A stretch of 55,140 nt of DNA from a bacterium. GTDB taxonomy: Bacteria; Bacillota_I; Bacilli_A; RF39; UBA660. The stretch's first letter is position 1. Every line of letters starts with the position of its first letter. Of this stretch, positions 46,368 through 55,108 are shown in pieces. Where the stretch lies: contig CAVKUP010000002.1 of the NCBI GenBank assembly GCA_963659735.1, forward strand, positions 1 through 55,140. The letters run 5' to 3'. A program made the translations under genes and the position numbers. The notes below the pieces were generated by a model. It was not told where the DNA came from, ran no database searches, and saw nothing but the letters and a program-made list of their open reading frames with translations.

Positions 46368-47624
46368 TTAATTTTTCTTAACATTCATTTTTTTATCTCT
46401 ATAAATAATAACTCCTACACCACCAGCAATAATTACTAAACCTACGCCTAAAATAATTAAAGGAACACTGGCAGCAGTATTTGGAACATCAATTGTAGTT
46501 CCACAATCCCATGCACCATATAATGTCATATTATTATTTAAAGCAGTACCATCAGTCCATTTTCCAGTTAAATTATCTTTGGTATACCATCCATTAAACT
46601 TACAATTTTCTTGTCTTGTTGTTAATTCTTTTTCTTGGTTATATTTAGTACCTTTATCATAACAACTTGTTCCAGGTGTTGGATCAGTTAAGTTAGCATC
46701 TGGTTTTACATTACCAACTATAACATAATTAACGCAAACTTTAGGTTTATCAACTTTAGCAGTTAAACTAATTGATTTTGATAAATCAGTATTATCTGTA
46801 TATAAAACAGCTAATCTTTGATATGAAGTATCAGAAGGTTGATAAATATATGCTTTGGTACTAGTACCTTTTGCTGAAACATTTACTTTAATTGTAGTTG
46901 TTTGTCCTAATGCATTTGATGGAATTTTAACTAAGAACTTTTCACCTGCATTAAATGTAGTTTGAGTTTTTCCTGATGTACTTGTAACAATTGTACCAGT
47001 AGGTGCTCCTGTTACTTCAACTGAATAAGCCGTAGTACCAGTTAATGTTGTTGTAATTTCTTTTGAAACAAAGTAATTACCATCACTAGATAAATCCATA
47101 TTAGTATTACTTATACTTACGTCTAATGATGCCTGTTCGTTTGCTTTAGCTGTTTTTGCAGCATTTACCAAAGCTTTTATAGAATCTCTAAGTCCATATG
47201 GATCAGCAGAATTGGTTGTAAAATCAGCACTTAAACTACCACTTTGTCCAGTTTCAGCTAAATACCACCATAAAGCCGCTTGAGTAATGAACCTATCTTG
47301 ATCATTGTTTCCCTTTATTGATTTGTATGGATAACCATTTTCTAAAATATACCTGACACCATTGTCAGCTTCTTTAACTAATGAAACATTAGTTGTTTTT
47401 TCTGGCCATTTCTTTTCAACATCCATGCAATATGCAACTTTTCCATCGGATGTTCTAAATTTAGCCCATTTATAATTTTCTCCAATGTATGATACCATTA
47501 CTCCTTCTCTACTAATAGTAGGATTATTAGGAGCAGCATTTACCATTGGAATGCTAGTAACAGATAAAACTACAACTAACAAGAAAGTACAAATTATACT
47601 ATAAAATTTTTGAATTGTTTTCAT
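46368..47624 (-). CDS. Surface adhesin with thioester (TQxA) domain, Listeria-Bacteroides-type repeat and a VPNTA-type sorting signal
   Basis: Signal peptide. VAYCMD Cys plus FITQAALWWY (TQxA) pair. FNGWYTKDNLTGKWTDGTALNNNMTLYGAW repeat. C-terminal VPNTAAS, then a hydrophobic helix, then YRDKKMNVKKN. Confidence 0.75.
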   Translation of the reverse strand: MKTIQKFYSIICTFLLVVVLSVTSIPMVNAAPNNPTISREGVMVSYIGENYKWAKFRTSDGKVAYCMDVEKKWPEKTTNVSLVKEADNGVRYILENGYPYKSIKGNNDQDRFITQAALWWYLAETGQSGSLSADFTTNSADPYGLRDSIKALVNAAKTAKANEQASLDVSISNTNMDLSSDGNYFVSKEITTTLTGTTAYSVEVTGAPTGTIVTSTSGKTQTTFNAGEKFLVKIPSNALGQTTTIKVNVSAKGTSTKAYIYQPSDTSYQRLAVLYTDNTDLSKSISLTAKVDKPKVCVNYVIVGNVKPDANLTDPTPGTSCYDKGTKYNQEKELTTRQENCKFNGWYTKDNLTGKWTDGTALNNNMTLYGAWDCGTTIDVPNTAASVPLIILGVGLVIIAGGVGVIIYRDKKMNVKKN

Positions 47625-47641
47625 AACGATTCCCCCTTACT

Positions 47642-49492
47642 TTAACGTGTCCTTCCTTTAGGTTCATTTACTTTAGTTTCCTCACCATAAACTTTTCTAT
47701 TTATTTCTCTCATTATTGCATCTACTTGTTCATCAATGCTCATAGTTTTATTATGATTGACTTTAGCAATCTCATTCGCTTTTATATCTGCATTTTTTTC
47801 AAAATCAAACTCTTTTTCATCTTGAAGTTTTTCATCCTTCTTCTTCTTAGAGCTTGTAAGGCCTGCTGCAGCAATAGCTGCACCACCAAGTTCTAAAAGT
47901 CCTGGTAAATTAATAGTAGGATCACCAGTTTGAGGTAAAACCTCTTTGTGTTCCGGAGTTGGCTCTGGATCAGGTGTTGGCTCTGGAGTTGGCTCTGGAG
48001 TTGGCTCTGGCTCTGGCTCTGGATCTGGCTCTGGATCCGGAGTTGGTTTTGGATCTGGATCTGGATTAGGTTCATCCTTGCTAGGCTTTAAATCTGGCAC
48101 GGCATCTGGGTCTTCAGATGTTTTCTTGTTTTCTTCTAGCTGTTTAACATCACCAATTATAAAATCATAAGTAGTCAAAACATTGCCATCTTGATCCTTA
48201 ATTATGTAATAACCTCCATCAGTAGTTACAAAAGTATAATCACCAATAGTTGTAGTTCTTTCAGTATACCCTGCCTCTTTCATTTCATCTGTTGGTGCAT
48301 CTGGCAATATACCTGAAAAAACTTTAGCATCTGCAGGTAATTTCCCTTCTTTTTGTAATACTGAAATTAAGTCCTGTAGTTGAGCGTTTGAAAGCCCTAC
48401 ACCACCTTGTCCTAAGACGTAATATGTGCCATCTTGTGACTTCATAAGAATATATTGATTATCTTCAACGGTAACTTTATTATCAACAGTATCTTGTGAA
48501 TTTTGTTTTTCATCAACAGAATTTTCATTAGAATTAGTAGTTTCTGTTGTTTTTTCATAAGTTTGCTTATAAACAACATTTCCTTCAGCATCCATAATTA
48601 TAACATTACCATCTTGATAATCAACTGTATAACCAGTGTCAGCAATTTGAGCTTGTCCAGATGCTAAAATGTAATCCAAACTATATGCTGTTACATCAAT
48701 AGAATTAAGATCATAGTATTGACTTAACTGTTCGGCCAAATCAACAGTTTCTGGCACATTTCCAACAATTGTAAGATGACCATCTTTTTCAATAGCATCA
48801 TACCCATTAAAATGTCTAACATTAGAATTTTTAGATATTACTTGCTCTGCTGTTTCAGTTTGAACATCTTCTGATTTTGTTTGTTCTACCGTTTCAGTTT
48901 GAACATCTTCTGATTTTGTTTGTTCTACCGTTTCAGTTTGAACATCTTCTGATTTTGTTTGCTCTGCTGTTTCAGTTTGAACATCTTCTGATTTTGTTTG
49001 TTCTACCGTTTCAGTTTGAACATCTTCTGATTTTGTTTGCTCTACTGCCTCAGTTTGAACATCTTCTGATTTTACTTGCTCTGCTGTTTCAGTTTGAACA
49101 TCTTCTGATTTTACTTGCTCTACTGCCTCAGTTTGAACATCTTCTGATGTTGCTTGCTCTACTGCCTCAGTTTGAACATCTTCTGATATTGCTTGCTCTA
49201 CTGCCTCAGTTTGAATATCTTCTGATATTGCTTGCTCTACTGCTTCAGTTTGAATATCTTCTTGATTATCATATGTTTGTTCCGTAGAAGTTGGTGTTGT
49301 TGTATCTGCTATGTTATTTTCAGCTGCTCGTACAACATTTGGAGATAATAATGTACCAACAAACGCAACGGTCATGGCACCAATGCCAACTTTATTTTTA
49401 TTATCTTTTAAAAACTGTGATAATCTTTCTTTTATTGAAGCACCTTCAATATATGCCGAATTAATTTTTTCGTTAAACAATTTAAGTTTCAT
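47642..49492 (-). CDS. Repeat-containing LPQTG surface protein with an extended C-terminal tail
   Basis: Long signal peptide, eleven 13-aa acidic repeats, a P(E/D/T) spacer, LPQTG, a hydrophobic stretch, KKKK, then ~61 further residues. Confidence 0.75.
   Translation of the reverse strand: MKLKLFNEKINSAYIEGASIKERLSQFLKDNKNKVGIGAMTVAFVGTLLSPNVVRAAENNIADTTTPTSTEQTYDNQEDIQTEAVEQAISEDIQTEAVEQAISEDVQTEAVEQATSEDVQTEAVEQVKSEDVQTETAEQVKSEDVQTEAVEQTKSEDVQTETVEQTKSEDVQTETAEQTKSEDVQTETVEQTKSEDVQTETVEQTKSEDVQTETAEQVISKNSNVRHFNGYDAIEKDGHLTIVGNVPETVDLAEQLSQYYDLNSIDVTAYSLDYILASGQAQIADTGYTVDYQDGNVIIMDAEGNVVYKQTYEKTTETTNSNENSVDEKQNSQDTVDNKVTVEDNQYILMKSQDGTYYVLGQGGVGLSNAQLQDLISVLQKEGKLPADAKVFSGILPDAPTDEMKEAGYTERTTTIGDYTFVTTDGGYYIIKDQDGNVLTTYDFIIGDVKQLEENKKTSEDPDAVPDLKPSKDEPNPDPDPKPTPDPEPDPEPEPEPTPEPTPEPTPDPEPTPEHKEVLPQTGDPTINLPGLLELGGAAIAAAGLTSSKKKKDEKLQDEKEFDFEKNADIKANEIAKVNHNKTMSIDEQVDAIMREINRKVYGEETKVNEPKGRTR
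47939..48109. repeat. Low-complexity Pro-Glu/Asp/Thr-coding tract (wall-spanning spacer)
   Basis: ggctctgg/ggatctgg-type hexanucleotide periodicity. Encodes PDPDPKPTPDPEPDPEPEPEPTPEPTPEPTPDPEPTP. Confidence 0.8.
48824..49252. repeat. Eleven tandem 39-bp repeats (13-aa units, QTE[AT][VA]EQ[ATV][IKT]SED[IV])
   Basis: Read directly from the DNA and the translation. The last unit is degenerate. Confidence 0.9.
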
Positions 49493-49548
49493 AAATATCC
49501 CCCATTTCTAGATAGAAAGATTGCATAAACCCCTCTTATTTGTGGCAT

Positions 49549-49577
49549 ATAATACCACCAAACATATTATTTGTCAA
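49549..49577 (-). promoter_or_regulatory. Strong promoter candidate for the LPQTG/thioester adhesin pair
   Basis: Minus strand reads TTGACA, 17 nt, then TGgTATTAT (extended -10). Confidence 0.5.
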
Positions 49578-49705
49578 ATTAACACATTTCTATAAAAATA
49601 CACTTAAATTATAACAAAATAAATTATTAATTTCCATATGTATTACAAATATTTACACATTTTTTTACAATAATAATTTTTTCATTAAATAGGTTAAATG
49701 CTATG

Positions 49706-50572
49706 TTATTTTTTTAAGCATAATGTCTTATTGTTATTTTTACTATAAGGTTCAATACCCATACAATATTCAGCATTTTCATAACTTGCACTAAAACCTT
49801 GTAATAAATAATATTTAAATAAATCATTAACAGATTTTTCAAAGTCAATTAAAGTGTTATTACCAGAAAACATATCTTCATATTCTTCTTGTTTTAAAAC
49901 TTTAAAAACACCACATGAAAAATTTTGCCCTAAGTCATTTTTAAAAGTTAATCTAAATGATGCATCAAAAAGTACAGCCGGAGCAACACCATATCCATGA
50001 GGAAAAATAATATTAAATGCATGATTTTGATTATCTCTTTTTCCTACAACGTATTGTGAATCAACACCCAAAATTTTGAACATATTATGAACTAGCCCAG
50101 CCTTTTCAGAGCAAAATCCACAATTTCTTTTATAAAATTCCTTTATTGATATATTTTCTATATTTTTATTCATTGCATGGTAATAAATTGCTTGTCTATC
50201 CATTAATGATCCAAACATACAACTTTTAACTTTATTATTTAAAAAATACTTATCAATTTCAACCACTATTGGTGAAAATAAATACAATTCTGTTAAATAT
50301 GATTTTTCTTCAACTAAAAATTTTATCAATTCTAAATAAGGCAAAATATCATCATAAACCAAATTGGGACATGCCTTGTCTTTTAATGACGCAACTGGCT
50401 TAAATTTTACTTTGCTTGAAATATAATCATCAAAAGTAGTTGTATATCCTTGACCAGCAGTTTTTTCTTCAGCTATCATCTCCAATTGTGCAATTCTTTT
50501 TTTTACAAATTCTTCTATTTCCTCGTCTGATTTCAATTCAAAAATTTTTTCTCTGATTTCTTTTTTAGTCAT
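49706..50572 (-). CDS. Cytoplasmic transglutaminase-like / papain-fold protein
   Basis: No signal peptide. CGFCSEKAGLVHNMFKILGVDSQYVVG...NHAFNII...AVLFDAS matches the Cys-His-Asp spacing of the transglutaminase-core fold. Confidence 0.5.
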   Translation of the reverse strand: MTKKEIREKIFELKSDEEIEEFVKKRIAQLEMIAEEKTAGQGYTTTFDDYISSKVKFKPVASLKDKACPNLVYDDILPYLELIKFLVEEKSYLTELYLFSPIVVEIDKYFLNNKVKSCMFGSLMDRQAIYYHAMNKNIENISIKEFYKRNCGFCSEKAGLVHNMFKILGVDSQYVVGKRDNQNHAFNIIFPHGYGVAPAVLFDASFRLTFKNDLGQNFSCGVFKVLKQEEYEDMFSGNNTLIDFEKSVNDLFKYYLLQGFSASYENAEYCMGIEPYSKNNNKTLCLKK

Positions 50573-50672
50573 AAAACCACCTTATCTTTATGTTTAAAAT
50601 TAATTCCCTTTCTAAAACCGGTATTATAAATCATTTTTTAATAATAATCAAATTAAACAACTAAAAAAAGGC

Positions 50673-51326
50673 TTATTTAGCCTTTAATTCAAATATTTTA
50701 TCTGCTTGATTACATACATTTTCAGAATGAGTTACTATAATTATGCATTTATTTTCTTTTTTAGCAAGATTCTTAAATATTTTTAATATATCGTTTTCTG
50801 TTTGTTTATCTAAATTACCCGTAGGTTCATCTGCTAAAATCATTTTGGGATTATAAGATAAACTTCTAGCAATTGCTACTCTTTGCTGTTCACCACCAGA
50901 CAACTTTAATACTTTTCTATCCTTTTGACTTTCTTTTAAATTCACACTTTTCATAAGTTCTATAGCTTTATTAACTTTATCATCTATTTTAATGTTACTA
51001 ATATTCATTGATAAAATTATGTTTTCTATGGCTGTTAAATGTGGAAGTAAATTATAACTTTGAAAAATTATTCCAATATCACTACTTCTATATTTATCCA
51101 AATCTAAAGATTTCAACGCTTTTCCATCATAGTATATTTCACCTTCATAATTATTTTCTAAACCACTAAGTAATGAAAGTAATGTAGTTTTACCACTACC
51201 ACTTTTACCTTTTATGGCATATACTTTTCCTAAGGAAAATTCATAATTAATATTTTTTAAAACATAATCATCTTTATCCGCATCTTTATATCTATATGAT
51301 ACATTTTTTAATTTTAATAAACTCAT
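50673..51326 (-). CDS. ABC transporter ATP-binding protein (MacB/LolD/FtsE type)
   Basis: Walker A GKSGSGKTT, signature LSGGEQQRVAIAR, Walker B ILADEPT. 217 aa. Confidence 0.9.
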   Translation of the reverse strand: MSLLKLKNVSYRYKDADKDDYVLKNINYEFSLGKVYAIKGKSGSGKTTLLSLLSGLENNYEGEIYYDGKALKSLDLDKYRSSDIGIIFQSYNLLPHLTAIENIILSMNISNIKIDDKVNKAIELMKSVNLKESQKDRKVLKLSGGEQQRVAIARSLSYNPKMILADEPTGNLDKQTENDILKIFKNLAKKENKCIIIVTHSENVCNQADKIFELKAK

Positions 51327-52736
51327 CTATGATCTCTCCTTTAATATTGTAAGTGGTGAAAATCTCTGAATACTTATAATTGCACTAGAGCAGGATATAA
51401 ATGTAATTACTAATCCAATGCCTAACAATTCCAATAAAACTTTTAAGTCAACAGTTGCATTAATACTACTAAACTCTTCTACCTTTGCCACACCTTGAAA
51501 TTTCGATTGTTTATCATCTTTCTGACCAAAATTATTTTCAATATTTTGTGTTTGCCTAGAAGATGATGATATTTCATTTTTAAGTAAATAATTAGATACA
51601 GGAACAGAAACACTTGCTCCTAAAGAAGCTCCTAATATTAATGATATAACAGCCACTATTAAAAGTTCATATATAAATTGTAAAGCCACCTTACTTTTTT
51701 TCATACCTATTGTTCTAAGCACTCCAATTTCATACTTTCTTTCTCTTATATTTATCATATTGATTATAAATAAAACTACAGTACCAATTATTAACGTAAT
51801 TATTAAAAATGTCACTGAAAATGTTTTAACATTAGATATAGTTTGAGTTGCATTTTCAACTTGATCTAAATTAGTCTGAACAGATAAATTATCATCTAAT
51901 CCTTTTTTTCTAAGTTCATTTTCAAATTTATTTACTACTTTACTACTTGTTAAAATAAAAGTTGGATTTACATTAACAGATAATTCACTGTCGTCTTCTA
52001 AAACTTTATTTACAAAATTTGTATTTGTAATAATTGTATTCGCAGAATTTGAAAACATTGACATACTATCAGAAGATGCTTCTTCATAAATACCTGTTAC
52101 AGTAAGTTCATAAGTTTTTGTCTCATCACTTGGATCTTTTATAGTTATCTTATCACCAACAGATATATTGTTTAACGTAGCAAGTTCACTATTTATAATG
52201 CATGAATCATTTGAAAAATCACTATCTACCTTTCCTTCTTTTATTTTATAATTTCCTTCAACAAAATCATTCATTGCATCTAATGAAGAATAACCAGTTA
52301 AAGTAAAATCACTAGATTGTTCTTGCTTTTCAGGTCCTTTACCTTTATCATCTTTTTCACTATCAGCTTTTTCTAAATTACTATTCACACCTACTTGCAT
52401 GCTATAATAATAACTTTTTACATATTTACTTTTACCATACTTTTCAATATCAGACACAGTTATTGACTCTATATTTGAAAATTTATCTTTCATATCCTCT
52501 TTTGACTGTTCTTTATTATCTTTATCAAAATCTTTCATCATATTTTCTCTATTGATACTAATGGTAGCCTCAGTTTGATATTTATTTTTATAAGAATTAA
52601 TTAACTTATTTGATGAATTAGTAATAGCGAGGGTAATAGATGTCGCACATGCAATTACTAATATAATAATTCCTATTAAAATATTTCTTCCCTTATTTCT
52701 TACAATTGATGTAATAGCATTTTTTAATATATACAT
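51327..52736 (-). CDS. ABC transporter permease, FtsX/MacB-type (4 TM with a large extracytoplasmic domain)
   Basis: TM1, then a ~270-aa external domain, then 3 TM with an FtsX-like motif. Contiguous with the ATPase gene. Confidence 0.85.
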   Translation of the reverse strand: MYILKNAITSIVRNKGRNILIGIIILVIACATSITLAITNSSNKLINSYKNKYQTEATISINRENMMKDFDKDNKEQSKEDMKDKFSNIESITVSDIEKYGKSKYVKSYYYSMQVGVNSNLEKADSEKDDKGKGPEKQEQSSDFTLTGYSSLDAMNDFVEGNYKIKEGKVDSDFSNDSCIINSELATLNNISVGDKITIKDPSDETKTYELTVTGIYEEASSDSMSMFSNSANTIITNTNFVNKVLEDDSELSVNVNPTFILTSSKVVNKFENELRKKGLDDNLSVQTNLDQVENATQTISNVKTFSVTFLIITLIIGTVVLFIINMINIRERKYEIGVLRTIGMKKSKVALQFIYELLIVAVISLILGASLGASVSVPVSNYLLKNEISSSSRQTQNIENNFGQKDDKQSKFQGVAKVEEFSSINATVDLKVLLELLGIGLVITFISCSSAIISIQRFSPLTILKERS

Positions 52737-52844
52737 AAAATCTTCCTTTCACACTAAAAATATATTGTTTTCATGTGAAAGTATTATGGTTTAAATGTGA
52801 AAATTGTGTTAAAAACGGTTTAAGTTCAGATTATTTAAATGTTT

Positions 52845-53145
52845 TTACATAAGCACCATAATTTTACAGTCATACGTTGTAATACTTTTATCTTCTAAAA
52901 AATCACCTTCAAAATTAATAAAAGGTTCAGACAAATTTAATTCATCACACTTATCCATTTACATTATTTTAGGTATGCCTTTATATCAAAATAGTAATCA
53001 ATATATGGTTCTAATTTTTTACCACCTATTTCAAAAAAAATTCTTCTTAAAACTACATAACTATTAACAATGCCATTTAAATCAATTAAAGCAAAACATT
53101 TAATCTAAAAACTAAAATCTCAATTTTTTTAATTATCTTTATCAT
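52845..53145 (-). pseudogene. Decayed small ORF (about 100 codons spread over three frames)
   Basis: A strong GGGGGG RBS and ATG open a 19-codon frame (MIKIIKKIEILVFRLNVLL). Coding-like stretches continue in two other frames: IKCFALIDLNGIVNSYVVLRRIFFEIGGKKLEPYIDYYFDIKAYLK and MDKCDELNLSEPFINFEGDFLEDKSITTYDCKIMVLM. Confidence 0.3.
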
Positions 53146-53182
53146 AGCCCCCCAACCTTTCTATAATTTTTTCTTATAAAAC

Positions 53183-53208
53183 GAAAAAATCAATCATTTC
53201 TGATTGAT
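53183..53208 (-). terminator. Rho-independent terminator
   Basis: On the minus strand ATCAATCA-gaaa-TGATTGAT is followed by TTTTTCGTTTT. Confidence 0.55.
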
Positions 53209-53319
53209 ATCCATCCAAAAGTTCGAATAATTCGAACAGATTTCCCAATGGTGCCCTTATGGTGGAAGTTCAATAACCCATAAAAGCAAAAAGAATATAG
53301 ATAGTAATAACTACTAACT
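53209..53319 (-). ncRNA. Candidate leader or small RNA between a promoter-like site and the terminator
   Basis: Contains a perfect 8-1-8 palindrome GTTCGAATAATTCGAAC (53221-53237) and an ATATAG...CTATAT hairpin. No known riboswitch core recognised. Confidence 0.2.
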
Positions 53320-53325
53320 ATATTC

Positions 53326-53354
53326 ATTATATCACTTTTTTACAAAATTATGAA
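53326..53354 (-). promoter_or_regulatory. Promoter-like site downstream of rsgA
   Basis: Minus strand reads TTCATA, 17 nt, then TGaTATAAT (extended -10). Confidence 0.4.
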
Positions 53355-53421
53355 GAATAAATGCATAATAATGTATATTTTTTTTATATTTTTACTTGTC
53401 TCCATGAAATAATTTATCTAA

Positions 53422-54507
53422 TTAGTTTTTTTTATCTGGCGTAACTTCAGCAAGTATTTCATCATAGTTTTTAACATTTAAGACATCTGACATAATTCTT
53501 AAATAACTTTCATATCTATCTGCATTTATAAGCCCACCAGCAACACCTTGTTTAATAACACATGAATCATATGGTTCATTATAGTGTAAGCAATCATTGT
53601 ACTTACATTTTCCTCTCCACATGTCTAGTTCAGGAAAATAATCTTGTATTTCTATTGGACTAAATGACGATACATCTAATGCTCTAATACCTGGAATATC
53701 AATAATAGATGAATTATCATCCCAAACATAATATTTTGAAGCAGTTGTTGTATGACGACCTCTTTTTGATTTATCACTTACATGACTTGTTTTAATTTCA
53801 TCATCATCCATTATTGCATTAGTTAAACTACTTTTACCAACACCACTATTACCTACAAAAATTGCTTGTTTTCCAGATAAATATTTTTTAATTTCTTCTA
53901 CACCAATATTCTTATATGTTGAAGTTTCTACTATTGGAATACCAATTTCACGATAAACATCTAATACTTCATCTTCATACTCAGTCTTTAAATCACATTT
54001 ATTTAAACAAATGATTGCAGGTATATTACTATCTTGTAATATCATTAAATATCTATCAATAAATTTAGGATGTAAAGGCGGTTCTTTTGCTGCTACTACT
54101 ATAACAGCTAAATCTACATTTGCTGCAATATTTTTTGTTAATCCAATATCATCTAATCTTGTACTGTCTTTTTTTACTCTTGATAAAATAGATGTTCTTT
54201 TTAATAAATTAGTTATTGTAAAATTATTTTCATTTTGTGATAAACAAACTTTATCACCAGGGAAAATAACTTGATTACAAACCATATTAATGTCTTTTCT
54301 TAATTTTGCTAATACAACATCACCATTATATAATATGTAAGCATCATCATATCTAACTTCTATAACAACACCATAGTCAGAAGATTGATCAATAACAAAA
54401 TCTTCTACTTTTTCCTCTTTTTTTCCAAAAGCTCTTTCCTTAGCTCTTTGTTTTTTTTCCATGCTTTTTTTTGTTTTAAAACTATCATAAGCATTATAAT
54501 GTGGCAT
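53422..54507 (-). CDS. rsgA: Ribosome small-subunit-dependent GTPase A with a K/E-rich N-terminal extension
   Basis: Circularly permuted GTPase order (NKCDL before GNSGVGKSSLTN), GRHTTT, and a C-terminal Cys cluster (CKYNDCLHYNEPYDSC). 361 aa. Confidence 0.85.
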   Translation of the reverse strand: MPHYNAYDSFKTKKSMEKKQRAKERAFGKKEEKVEDFVIDQSSDYGVVIEVRYDDAYILYNGDVVLAKLRKDINMVCNQVIFPGDKVCLSQNENNFTITNLLKRTSILSRVKKDSTRLDDIGLTKNIAANVDLAVIVVAAKEPPLHPKFIDRYLMILQDSNIPAIICLNKCDLKTEYEDEVLDVYREIGIPIVETSTYKNIGVEEIKKYLSGKQAIFVGNSGVGKSSLTNAIMDDDEIKTSHVSDKSKRGRHTTTASKYYVWDDNSSIIDIPGIRALDVSSFSPIEIQDYFPELDMWRGKCKYNDCLHYNEPYDSCVIKQGVAGGLINADRYESYLRIMSDVLNVKNYDEILAEVTPDKKN

Positions 54508-54526
54508 TCAGCTCATCTCCTATCAT

Positions 54527-54861
54527 TTAAAGTTCTTTTTCCATTCTAATTGAATGTTCATTGAATCCATTAGAATTTGTTTCTTTTAATAATTCACTTT
54601 GTTCTGCAGTTATTTTATATTCTATAACACTGCAACCTAATTCTTTAATCTTATTTTCAATAATAAGATTAATTTTTGAAAACAATTCCTTTGATTTTAA
54701 TACTATTGAATAAACTATTGACTGCCATCATTGTTTTTCTCTAATAACAAAAAATATTCTTCCCATTTACTTCAATTTAAACATTCTAATAAATCTTTAG
54801 CACCATAATTCTTTACAAATTCTAATATATCCTTATTATTTTTATAATTCTCAACTGTCAT
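54527..54861 (-). pseudogene. Decayed small ORF (~110 codons) with an in-frame TGA and a frameshift
   Basis: GAGGTG RBS plus ATG at 54861 gives MTVENYKNNKDILEFVKNYGAKDLLECLN, then TGA (54772-54774), then SKWEEYFLLLEKNNDGSQ stop. Another frame continues QSIVYSIVLKSKELFSKINLIIENKIKELGCSVIEYKITAEQSELLKETNSNGFNEHSIRMEKEL. Confidence 0.35.
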
Positions 54862-54928
54862 AGGAATCACCTCATTTATATTCAATATTATACCACTTTG
54901 GTTATAAATTTGATACTATACTAGATTA

Positions 54929-55108
54929 ATATTCCTTCCAAAGCAACTTTTTTAAATCTGATGGAACATCTATATTATCATCTAAATCAAAATACTTTAC
55001 TTTTTTTCCATCTCTTGAAAATATTATACAATTATCATTCCACTCAATAATATTTTCCCTTCTAACTTTACCAATAGTTGTATCCCCCGAGTTTGACAGT
55101 TGTATGTT
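54929..55108 (-). pseudogene. Start-less ORF fragment (60 codons), probably the 3' part of a disrupted gene running off the window
   Basis: Open frame NIQLSNSGDTTIGKVRRENIIEWNDNCIIFSRDGKKVKYFDLDDNIDVPSDLKKLLWKEY with no ATG/GTG/TTG start. The upstream sequence is open in a different frame. Confidence 0.25.

Noticed and set aside
48824-49252. Regular 39-bp repeats could be mistaken for a CRISPR array.
   Set aside because: The repeats are directly tandem with no spacers, they lie in frame inside a long ORF, and no cas genes are present.
48877-49287. 136-aa plus-strand ORF with FEHLLIL repeats. The 74-aa GSGVGSG ORF at 47946-48170 is a similar case.
   Set aside because: Both are antisense read-throughs of the tandem-repeat and Pro-rich coding tracts of the LPQTG protein. 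Their periodicity is inherited from the real gene.
54772-54774. The in-frame TGA in the small ORF would read through as LNWSKWEEYF if TGA encoded Trp (Mollicutes-type code 4).
   Set aside because: Well-conserved genes in the window, such as ruvB at 4501-4503 and the sigma factor at 17698-17700, terminate at TGA at the expected protein length. The standard code therefore applies, and this ORF also needs an additional frameshift.
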